Below, piece by piece: positions 15,318-27,400 of a stretch of 64,000 nucleotides of DNA. The DNA comes from Lingula anatina (taxonomy: Eukaryota > Animalia > Brachiopoda). The stretch covers positions 1,488,001-1,552,000 of the forward strand of contig CM120643.1 of the NCBI GenBank assembly GCA_051362555.1, given 5' to 3'. Within the stretch, counting starts at the first letter, position 1. Every line of letters starts with the position of its first letter. The notes below the pieces were generated by a model, which saw only the letters and a list, made by a program, of their open reading frames with translations, was not told the DNA's origin and ran no database searches. The position numbers and the translations under genes were made by a program.

Positions 15318-15437
15318 TCACTCTGGATAGTACAGCCCTGGCCAGAAATACAAAGATTTCCTCAATGTTAGCGTCGATATACTTGATATCTGTCGGCAAC
15401 CATCTCGAGTTGGCATCTTGGAGACACTGTCGTTCAC
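15318..15437 (-). CDS. Exon 14: caspase p10 C-terminus and stop
   Basis: VNDSVSKMPTRDGCRQISSISTLTLRKSLYFWPGLYYPE* with the typical TLRK.LYF.P ending. Confidence 0.9.
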   Translation of the reverse strand: MNDSVSKMPTRDGCRQISSISTLTLRKSLYFWPGLYYPE

Positions 15438-18400
15438 CTTGTTGATAAACAATAACCAGTTGACATAGCAACATCAACCACTTTCTTTGAAATGTGTGAT
15501 TTTAAATTATATTTTGCTACTTTTCATAATTAACGTAATCGTCCAGTGTAAAGGGGGCTTAACTGAGATATTAGTTTACGCCCCCTGTGGGCGGCGTCCT
15601 ATCTGCGTTCCATAATACGGGCCCGATTGAGAGTAGAAAAATAATAATACCCAGTGTAAAGGAGGTTTAACTGCGCTGATCACATCAGTGCATTTATCTA
15701 TTCGGCTTTCGTGGGGCCGCAGAAGAACATGTATGTAAAACGTATGAAAAGATCCGTCTAATATTTGTAACTGGCGCATCCCAAAATAATCATCTGTCTC
15801 TATAATGTACGAAATCCTCCTATGCCGGTGTGACAGAAATGGTAGTCCTGGGAATGGAACTCCGGGCTCCCATACTGTTAGCACCAGTAAAGAATAGGGT
15901 TATTCGAAGTGTTGTGGAACGAAATTCACCGGTGCAAAGCAATGGAAAACGGACTACGGACGCAAGCGGACCACCGCTCCTGCCACACCTAGCTACTGGG
16001 AGTGATATTTGAGGGGACAACATTAACCATTTGTCTTTAGTTTTGTTTCAAAGAGAACTGTTGTAATACGTGATTACCTGTGTCAATATATCAAGTAAAT
16101 GGGTGTCACATGCTTTTTCCGAGAGCTCTTTAACCAGACACTGAATGAAAAACGTACCATGTTCAGTAGATCGCCAAGACTTGTCACCTGAATGGTAAGC
16201 AAACCTTACTTTAATGCCGGGTGTCAAACAAGCGTCACTTTGGTCAAAATGCAGCCAAGAAGACTATAACAGAAGAAATACTTTTCGGACGCCATCTAAT
16301 GATATTCACATCACACGTCCTTAATTTTTTTTCTACAAAAATGTGATGTATCAATAGAACAAAAAGTCACTAGAAACAAAAACACTCGACAATCTTACCT
16401 CTGGTCGTTGAAGTTACTAATATCATATCAGCTTTCTCTGGATTTGAGTGAGTTTCTTGCGGTCTCGGTGGCACTTGTTTTGTATTTAGCAACGGCGCAT
16501 TTTCATCCATACCTTGTGCAAAATTAAGAGATGTTTTTACATAGATAAAAGGCAGGACAAAGAAGTAATGAAGCAATTCCCAAATTATACTGACAAAAAT
16601 TTTTCACTTAATATTGTGCAAAAGAGAAAATTATTTACTGAAATATATAAACCACCGTTAGTATGACTGTTTAATAAAGCTCCATTTTATATTTTATATG
16701 ATAAAAATAAAAATATATAAAAACTCCCCCCCCCCCCCCAGATTTATAAAAGGTAGGATACAACATGTTTTACTATATCAATCATTATAACAATCACAAT
16801 ACGTTTAAACACAAACGCATAAAAGAAAGAATCAATAAAAACCTCATATCATACTTTACACACCAAATTCAAACTTGTCTGACATGAAGAACACAATAAT
16901 ACATCAACCTAGATGAATAGTACTTACTGCCCTGACACGCAGATATGAAGAACATCTTGGGTTTGCCGTTCAGTGTCGGGCACCTGGAAGCCTCAAAGTG
17001 TGCCAGAATTTGGTCATACCCTATGTGATTACCATCAGTGCCTATCACCGTGTTCTCTCCACCATGACTCAGGATCACCATGATGAAGGAAGAGTAAGCA
17101 CTGTGATCAGTGCTTGACTCACGTCTGGCTAGTTGGTCAATAGCCTAAATAGCATAATTTAAATATCTACATTTGATCATTTATGTTCATAAAACCGTTT
17201 TGTTTTATTGTATCATTAACTGACACCCCACTTCATATACCATAATGTGTGTTAATCTTCTTCAGATGTATGTCATTATCTGATAGTTTTAACTATGTAT
17301 TTTAAAAACATCGCCCAAGCAATCTAAGACATTTTGAGGCCAAACTGGAGAGTAATTGCAACAGTTTTTTTGCCACAGTGCTTTCCCAAATTGACAAACT
17401 AAACTCAGCAATGGTTGGCATTTCCTATATAGAAACGTCATAACGTAAAGACATGGTAAAAGTGAAAAAATAAATTTAATTGAGACATTCGTGGAATTTT
17501 GTTCTATACACATGTTTAAAAATGAATACAACTTTGAATTTATTGAATTTTATTTTTGGACACCCTCGCGTGTGAAATACATCTCTTTATATGTATTCGT
17601 ACTATAGCTAGTATACAAAATACGAAAATGCGGCAGGATAACTGACAGTTTAAGATATCAACGTACCTCAGCTGTCAGGTTGTCATGCTTCAACACCAAG
17701 TAATGTAACTGCCGAAATAAACTTTTCAAATGCTCAACATCCACCTCTGTGCCCTTCCTATCAAGGGAAAACTTATTGTCAAAGCTGACATTGTTGATGA
17801 TCACAGCTCTTCCCCTCCAATCTGTGTAGTTCTTGTAGACCTGTTGATTGCCAAAAAAATTTGGGAGCATTAACTGCAATTACAAAATTTTACTGGTGTA
17901 TCAAGGAGATAAGGTGTGAAACATTTAGAGGATGTTGTTATAAAACTGCAAATTTTCTAACAATAAATCTTTTATAAAGTTTGAATATAATATAATATAG
18001 ACTTATATATCAAAAATAAAATCTAATGAAGTGTAGCAACAAACCCGTTTAGCGTCATATGCCTTCTTCTCGAAGAGTTCAACTGTACAAGGCCAGACCT
18101 TAACTTTCTCCTCTCTGCTTGTGCCTAAAAGTGCAAAATGTCTCCCACGTCCCTAATTAATATCGATTTTATAGCGCATACTATGGTAAAATATTTGCCG
18201 GGAGCATCGCAATCCCAGTTAAATGGTTTCATTGTTCACTGTCTGCCAACCTTGGTCAAGATCATTGGGTCACTAGCTATGGCCTCCCGTATTTTTGTCC
18301 TGTTAATATGGTCTGGCCCCATTTGGTGCCCCCCCCCCCCCCCCCCCCCCCCGATGGTTCAAAGGCAGAATGCACCAGTTCCCATATTGCCCCCATGCGC

Positions 18401-21400
18401 ATGCGCAGTCCCTTGTTAAATTCGGTGTCCAGTAAATGAAACCATGTACAAGCGTGAGACCAAGACGAAAGTTGGCTTACTATATACTGTTGTCTATTTA
18501 TATTGGGATGCACGCGACAAGTACTTTTTTTTACGATTGCGACATGCGGCAGAACATAGCTTAGAGGTGACCCAAATTCTCAAACCGTTTTGTTACATGA
18601 TCACAAATTTTGAAAACGGTTAAGGGACTTTAAATAGAAGAACTTTAAAGAGTTTACTGTTACAAAAGTATAACAGAATGCACCGTGGTGTCAAAGAAAC
18701 CAGGCTCACAACTGTGTAATACAGCGTATGAGAACGACACTGTCTTGTCAGGTTTGTCAAAATTAACGTCAGGCTCTCTGATTAAATCTCAGCGGAGCGG
18801 TTTAATAGCTAGGCCCCTGCAAGACTGGCGCTTGTGGTCGGCGGGTACACCATTAGGGTATTAGCGGCATTGCTTTCAAGTGGGTCGGCCATATTTGACC
18901 CGCGGACCAATTAGTCTAAGATCGCATTCACAACGAATTGAGCCATGGCTTTACAAATTCTGGAACTTAATATGGCGGACGTACATGAAAGAACAGCCGC
19001 CTAATCTTTTAATGGTCTCTCCACCTATCACGCCTCCCCATGCGTCGTCCCTGCAGCGGTACAGTCATTAAATTTCGGCTACAATGGGACGACACATGGG
19101 GAGGCGAGTGAGAGGCGGAGAGACCATTAAAAGATGAGGCGGTTTTTCTTACCTGCCTCCAGACTTTGAGGACTGCGTGGTTCTTTCTCCACAGCTGAAA
19201 TGATTGAAATGCAAATTTATTATTGTTATCTTTTTTTATTTTTTTTTTTTTTTGACATTTTATAGCACAGTCTGAAATTCCAATACATTATGTCCATTTC
19301 CAACAAGAGAACTTGTTTTTTTTTTTCTAAATCACTTACTTGTAAACCAAACACGATATGGTTTCAGCTGAATCTCTTCGTCAGCTTTCTCTACGCATAC
19401 ACGGATGGCATCTGTTTTTAGAACGGTCTCTGCTTCTATCGGAATTTTGCGTCTCTTATCGTTTACCCTGATAAAGTAGCCAAAATGCATTCTGGGACAG
19501 TATGTCTCTTGAAGATAGGACAACTCGTCTTCCACTGTTTGTCGTGCGTTGAAGTATATGTTACGCTCAGCGTTATCTATCACTAGTTCAATGTCCTTTT
19601 CTGCAGTGAAGAGATGAAGCACAGATGCTTTGTCTTCCAGACGGAAGGAGGCGTGGTCAAAACCAATATCTGGGATGCCATTTACACAATGGTAAGGTTT
19701 ATACTTCCTAAGCAGACGGATGATCAAACGATGGAATAGCCCTGGAGGAAAGAAGCCGTGAGGGAATGAAATGAATAAAGATATTTCTCGAGCCTTCTCG
19801 GGGGGCCAATATTTCACCAGGTCATTGGATTTCAGCATGCAAGGCACGACGAATTTTCTCTTTCCAGAAGGCAGCATTGGATTTTGAACTGATTTAGATA
19901 TGTCCAACATCAGGTCAAAATGCTCCATAAGTTGAATCACTTCGTTTTTCATGTCGGTCATCTTTTCCTTCTGCAGATATACATCGAACACCTCCTCGTT
20001 CAGTTCTCCTTTTTCCAGACTTCGCTTCAAGTAATCGAGGCGATCCTTTCCACTTTTACTAACAGGCGGGGTCATGATGGCAGAAAACAGATCTGCTAAC
20101 CACTGTGGATCCAATATAACGATATTTTCCAGTCCATCCACTTTGAAGTGTAGGACGTCTCCCAGATGATGATGGTAAGGAATAAACATTTCATCTAACT
20201 CCGCGTCACGGATTCCAACTAAGCGCGCCATATCACGCAGTTCTTTAATATATATGATCGGCCTTTCTTCACTCTTCTTTGCCAAATCCAATTCCAACTG
20301 GAACCATCTCACTGGGTGCATTTGGCGGCCAGCTTCTCTGTCTCTGCTATAGCCACAAAGATGCTCGATCTCGCTTTTTATTTCATCAAACTCCTCAACG
20401 TCGGCCAAGTTACTTATGGCAAAACAACGGTAGACGTGTTCTGCGAGTTCCTGCTTGTCCTCCAGATAGTCCCTGAGTTGATCAAGTATCTCATCAGCGG
20501 CTTCCTATAAATAACACGGTATGGGGTTTAAAATGTTCAATTTCATATAAAATGTTAAGTTTGCCTTTGGAAAAAAAACATTATCCTTTACACTCACATT
20601 CAAGTACATTTCACTTAAAGGCATAATAACTCTTTGTATGTATATTTCACAATAAAAACATTGTGAGTAACTCATAGAAATATAATATATTCTGTTTTAC
20701 CACAAAAACAGCAGTTATAGCTATTATTCTGATATCTGAGCTTGTCTTTAGACCACGTGACCTCCATTGATGGCTATAGACTGTTAAAATCTCTTAAGAG
20801 ATTTTAACAAAAAAACAAACTTTTTAGAAAAAAAAACTGGGACTAATTTTTAATGTAAAAATGAATTCATTAATCATTGGTAAGAATGGGAAAATTGTTG
20901 TTTACTCCAGGAAAATTCATTTTTTGGCCGAAACGAAGAGTTATTATTGCTTTAAACAAGAGGGAGGAAAGGGGTCTGCTTGTGTGTGTGAGATAATAAA
21001 ATCCCAGAGAAGGAAGGAGCGAAAGACGCTTATCTCGACACCAAATCATGTCAACCAAAAACAGTCACCTTTTTCTGGTTCTGGGTACAAGTAGGTACTT
21101 AGTTTCTAGATTTCAGTATTGGCAACTCGATCACGATTTCTGTATAACCCTTATCAGAAATTCTGACTGTAGTCATACTAGGGGTGTGTTCGGCAACATT
21201 TTGCCTGGGGCGTTTCCATATTTGAAAGCCACATGTCTCGAACGTCACAGATCTGTCCCGCTTGGAGCTGCCTTTCCCGCCTTGAGCTGACGTCATCTCG
21301 TGCAGACGAGACAAAGACGAAAAGAGGCTGACCCGGAGATTGAATTTTGAAGTAAGAATACCTTGCAATCGAAAATCGATGCCACAACACAAGCCCCTTT

Positions 21401-24400
21401 CTGCTTTAAAACTAATTTTGGTGTAGCCATTGCGCAGTCCTTATAGTGGTGTTGGACATACAGTGTACATTAGTGGGTCTGAATTGGTCTTAAAGTGCAA
21501 TTTTAGACTTAAACTGGTATGAAGCGATCTTAAAGATTAAGTAAGGAGTCTTAATTTTTAAGTTTTCATTTATGATAGATCCAGATATTTTGGCTTACCT
21601 GTTAACTGTCTTTTATGTCTGTGCTCTGATGTCAAAACTTTAAAAGTATGCTGCACTAGTACTAGTATTAGACACATTTATGCGCATGTCAGTAACAGTA
21701 GACTGGGTCGTGTACGGCTTACGCCATATTAAGATTTTATGTGATTCGAACGCTACGAAGAATTCTGATTTTTAAGTTATATACATATGAACTAACCAAG
21801 ACTAGGCTGACAACATTATTGAAAGCTTCTAAAAATATTCTTTGAAAAACAAAACAAAACAAAACAAAAATCTGACTATATCTAGTGACACCGCCAAATC
21901 GACCTCTACCTATACACACTGAACACTTTTAACACCAAAAGGATGCATGGCTGTAAACGACACAATACATCACGTCAATACGGTGATCGCACACGCACAA
22001 GTGCATAGAGCCTATGACAACGATAGTGATGAGATAATGACATGTATTACAGCGCACCATTCTGACACAGATAAGATGTGAAAAAGACTATAGATGAGTG
22101 AATGGACGCTTGGTCAGAAACGATTATCAGCAATCTAAAGCAGATCCGTGCCAAGGACAACGCCGGTGGCGCCAGGAAGACGCAGAATAGCAGGGGTGTC
22201 TAACGCTCGGTTTTTGAAACTGCAACGGGTGGCCAAAGACCAATATTATTTCGTGAAACACTCGTAAAACAACAAGATTACGATATCTGTTGCCTCGCCG
22301 AAACATTTTTGCAAGGGAAAGATGAATTACAAATTGATGATTATTTCTGGATTGATAAAAACCCGCACCAATCTGCTTGTTAATGCGCATAGAGGATCGG
22401 GTGGAGTTGGCTGTTTACTACGGAAAAGATTGGTATCAACCTACGACGTTAAAGTCCTTGACTGTGAGATGAAAGGAGTTGTTGTTTTCTAAAGCACAAA
22501 CAGAAAAAAACAACTTTTTCTTGGGTGTATGTTACCTTCCCCCAGAGAACACGCTCCTAAAACTGACACTGAAAAGCATTTTTAAAGCTTGCAACAGATA
22601 TATATGGTTACCAAAATTTGGGAAATATAATAATTTATGGTGACTTCAATGCGCCTGCAGACGAGATCGAGATAGGCTGTTGATGAAATAGAACCGCGTA
22701 AAAATTTAGATGAGCATACGAATAGCCATGGAACGCACTTTTTAAATTTACTAACAGACATAAACATCTGCGTGCTTAATGGTAAAATAGGCGAGAATGA
22801 CAAGCATATCATAAGCCTCGGTCACAACCGGCCGCACGGGCTCTTACGGGCTGTTTGCGTCCAGATTTTGCGCAGAATCTCACGTCCCACACAAGTCCTT
22901 ACGCAAATTCGAGCTAGCCGACAGCCCGTAAGCACGTACGGAGGATGTTGGACATGTCGAAAAGATTCTACGAATAGTCTGCGAACAGCAAGGCCGCAAG
23001 CGTAACTTGCTCCCCTCGCCCGGAGTTAGCAAGAGAGACGCGCGTAGTGCAAGACGCACGTCGCAAGCAATGAAGAAGCAAATGCCATTTGCGTGTTGAG
23101 TAAGACACCAGCCCTCTGAACTAAAGAACAAAGTGGACAGCACATTGGGAATGCGTCGCACGTGCGTCACCCCCACGCAGTAGCTGCGAAGAGATGCACG
23201 AAGCTAGATATTCAAACAATTTTGACATATCTCAGGGAAGATAAATTTTCTCCAGAAGCTTCACTCAAAGAAAAAGGGGTAATTAGAAGAGCCAGTAACG
23301 ATAACTACAAGGTAAATCATTTTCTTAAAATTCATATTAACCTTAAAGTTTTCCGTGGACTTCTATTACCAGTACAGCATGTCCACAAAACCATTGTCAC
23401 TTCCAACGCACGTCGGCGGCCTAAAGACATTAGGAAGCATGCTCTAGCAAATATAATGAGTGGATATATACTTTCAGTACGCATATTATTTGGTTTAGCA
23501 AAATGTTAATTGCTGTTTTCAATGCTTGATATGCGTTTGGAAATGTTATCTTTATTTATGAATTATCTTTTTTTTTAGCTCGAAAGAGGAGAACATTTCT
23601 AAAAAGTGCAGGATAAAAACCCAAACAAAATGTTGAAACCAATGATGAATCAGGGGGTGAAGGCACCTCTTCAATGATAACTGAAACATCATGGAGAAAA
23701 GTTATGACAAACCAGGAAGAAATAAAGGACATTGTGGCTAACATGCACTCCTCGGTCATAGGCATGCATATTTGTGCGGGCGTATCTTCATGTGAGCAAC
23801 AGTGTGTGCGCACGTGTTGTGTTAAGAAACGTTAATTACATACCATGATATATATTTATATAATAATTGTAACACTATGATGTCTGTTAATAACAACTGT
23901 AATAATACGTAATGTTCTGTTATAGGCGGACATCTCGGGCGGGATAAAACTCTTGATAAGCTTCAGAAAAGGTACTACTGGCGTAATATGGTCGAGGATG
24001 TTAGAAAATTCATAGCCTGCTGCGCAATTTGCCAGAAGGCAACACACAAATATAAACAAAATGACCCACCTCTCCAACCAATACCTGTCACAACGCCAGA
24101 AGCCTGGAATATGGTAAGAAATATTTGTTCCTTATACCCCCTTTACACTTGACGGCGTCCTTTCTGCCACCATGAAATTTGGCATCGCTGTGGTCTTAAT
24201 AAGATGGCACGATCATTGATTTTGTATCAGAATGAATGCTCAATGACCGGCCAGTTGTCGGCACGTAAAGTATTATAATTTTTTAACTCTCAAATGGGGC
24301 CGTACTGCTGGACGCAGAAAGGACGCCGTCCAGTGTAAAGGGGCCCTTAAGGCTGGGTCACACTGCGCTTGCAACCTTTTGGCAACCTCTTTGCAACCAC

Positions 24401-27400
24401 AAAATCTGGTGGTCGCTTGCGATCACTTTGCGACCTAATTTGCATATTTTGATCGGCAAGCAGTTGCTAACCGGTTGCAACAAGGTTACAGTATGGTATC
24501 TGCAACCTCTTACAGACAATCTTCAAGTCAGAGGTTACCAGTCGCACACCGTTAGGCGAGCGATAAACAACCTGTCAGCAACCACTTGGAGACTGAAAAC
24601 CGGTTGCAGGACTGTAGCGATCGCTTGCCAACTGGTAGCAGCAAGGTTGCACAGACTATATATATTTTATAAGTTGTGACGATAGCTGCCTTCTCGTAAA
24701 TTTCCCTCTCGGATGACAACAGAGGGAATATTTTAAACATTATACAACGATTGGATCCGTTCTGTAGCAGCTTCAAATGATTTAATATTTTGAATATTAA
24801 AGTATGATTCTGCTATGAGATTCTGTTATAACGTCACAGTCGATTTCTGTACTACCAATATTGTCAAACTTACAATAATAAATAAGAAATATATTTGTAC
24901 TATATATTGGCATTTATATCAAACCAGTGGTGTAATAAAACACATATTTGGATGTTTTTTCAGCCTTATTAATGTAATAATAGGCATGCATAGTTTCTTT
25001 TTTCAATACTTGGTATCTTTGAGGTCGCAAGGCCTGTGCAGTTACGGTCACACTGAACATAAAACCTCCTTGCGACTTGCAACTGTCACCGGTTGCAGAA
25101 AGGTGGGCGACAAGTTGCAACAACTCGCAAAGTGGTCTCCAAATGAACGCTGGGTTACTATCCGGTCGCGCCGGTTTTCGGTGCAGCACCGAAAACCTCC
25201 TGGCGACCGAAAAGCCTATTTGTGGTATCCAACCGGTTGCTAAAAGGTCGCCGACTGCTTAGCAACTGATTTGCGACCGATTGTGTGGTTTTCCCTTTGT
25301 CTTTGTAGCCCCAAGCGTTACACTTACAATACAACATCTTTAAATAGTGAAGGATCCTGCGCGTCATCAATTTGTTTCCGTCCTTGTGGTACGAATTCTA
25401 AGTACTGGGAGGAAGTTAATTTGTATTTATTTGACCTTCTTTATATTGGTGACACTGTTTTACTGTTATAAAAATGCCTGACAATTAAATTTATTGTAAA
25501 AAGTATGAATCAAACTTTGCTATTTACTTTTTTTCTCTGCGCCCGCCTATTTGCTTAATTTTTCTTCCATTGTGACTTGGCAAATTATGACTTGGCAAAT
25601 TAAAAAGTAAGATATTTCCGGCTGCTTTAGTCATTAAAAATGTTTCCAGTAGATTTGACAACAATAGTTGTCAAAAATTAGCCATGATATAGGAATGGAT
25701 AAAAAGATAACAGTTTATCGTTTACATTGTGATAATCATTATTGATTGTTTTGGCACTTTATTTGATTTGTTTTTAAAGTCTTTCAATTGTTGGTTATAG
25801 AAAAACTCGTTTTCCTTAAAAAAAATCAACTAATTCTTCTTCCTCTTTAATAGTAAATTTAGGCTCCCTGTCTCCTCCGCGTTCATCATCTTTCGGTTGA
25901 TCCTCTTCGTGGGAAGCAGAGTCTGTTGGAACTTTGTGAAGAACTTTCTTCACGGGCATTTGCTTTCTCAAAATACATTCTGGCCACCCTTCCCACGCTG
26001 TTGGATGACATACTGGGGACTGAAGACACGGGCTCAGCGGCTTCTATTTACAACACTTTTAGTCAAGTATGGTGGCTGATAGGGACTCATACATTTATTT
26101 ATTTTATTGAAAAAAAATACTTATGAAAACCTTGTAAATAAATTTAAAAGGATGACAACAAATACAATCTACGTTTTAATTGAGAAATAACGATTTTTGT
26201 CAAGGTATTTAGAAAGCCTTAATGGCATGATATAAATGAAAAATATATTTATATATTTAGTGGCCACCATCCTACGCTTATTTTATCACGGTTGCTTGCG
26301 ACCTTCTCGCGACATGTTTTCGAGTGCATGCGAGCTGTAAGAAACCTGTTAGAGACCAAGCGACTAAAGACCGTTAATCGACCATGAAGTTTCAACTGCA
26401 ACCTCCTTGCGACCTGCTGCCCACCGCTTGCAACCGGTTAGTAACCTGTTTGCAACTAAGCGACTAAAGACCGTCAATCGACCGTGCAGTTACAGGTGGT
26501 ATGCGACTGGTTTTAGTCTGGTTACAGCGACCTACTGGCAACCAAGAGGAGACCTATAGGCAACCTCTCAGTTACCAATCGTTTTCATTATCAGTCGCAC
26601 TGGTTGTCGGTGCCAAAAAAATGGCCTTCGTGTGTCAACGATCGCAGGCGACCTGTTTGCAACCTAATGCGACCACTTTAAAACCTAGGGCAACCTCCTT
26701 GCGGCTGAGGTTGCAAAGAGGTTGCCAAAAGGTTGCAAGCGCAGTGTGACCCAGCCTTTACATCGTTATTATCCATGCAGATAGCACTCACACATTTCAT
26801 GCTCGAGGCTTGTTTGTCAAGAAAGCACACCAGCAGATGCTATTTTCTTATATTTATGATTTTTTTTCTAAATAAAAGTAATTTTGAATTTCATCAATAT
26901 TCAAGAAAACATAGTTCGTACACTATCATTATTTTTTTTTTCAGATTGGAATAGATTTGATTGGCCCTCTGAAGGAGACCACTAATAACACTTTGTACAT
27001 CTGCACTGTGGTTTGTTACTATTCAAAGATGGCACACCTCCAGGCATTGCAATCTAAAGAGGCAACTGGTGTTGCAAATTTTTTGCTTGATTTGTTTTTG
27101 GTGTAGTTTTAAATTTGGCACATGAAACTTGCTTTAAAACATTAAATACCATACTTGAAAATCATCTGAACTTTGTATGATTTACTTACTGCCTATTAAT
27201 ACTACTACAAATCCAATGATTATGGGTTTTAAGTTTTTTAATGACAAAATAATTGAGAACGCCTGCCATATGCTTATTTCTACGAGTGTATTTATACGTA
27301 TACATTCATTTCATTGTTTATGAACCATAAATAAATCTTAGCGTTTTTCGTTTTAAGTTTAGGGTTCCCACAGACAATACTGTCAGACCAAGGTCGGGAG

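Noticed and set aside
18138-18513. Poly-Pro / poly-Gly ORFs
   Set aside because: These are artefacts of an intronic poly-C tract.
23856-24077. Minus-strand ORF resembling a signal peptide (MERWVILFIFVCCLLANCAA)
   Set aside because: It is the antisense shadow of the integrase zinc-finger exon on the plus strand.
24428-26749. ORFs inside the 2408-bp elements (and mirrored at 35319-37640) as genes
   Set aside because: They are short, have no recognisable domain, and largely arise from subterminal repeat motifs. They are identical only because the element is duplicated.
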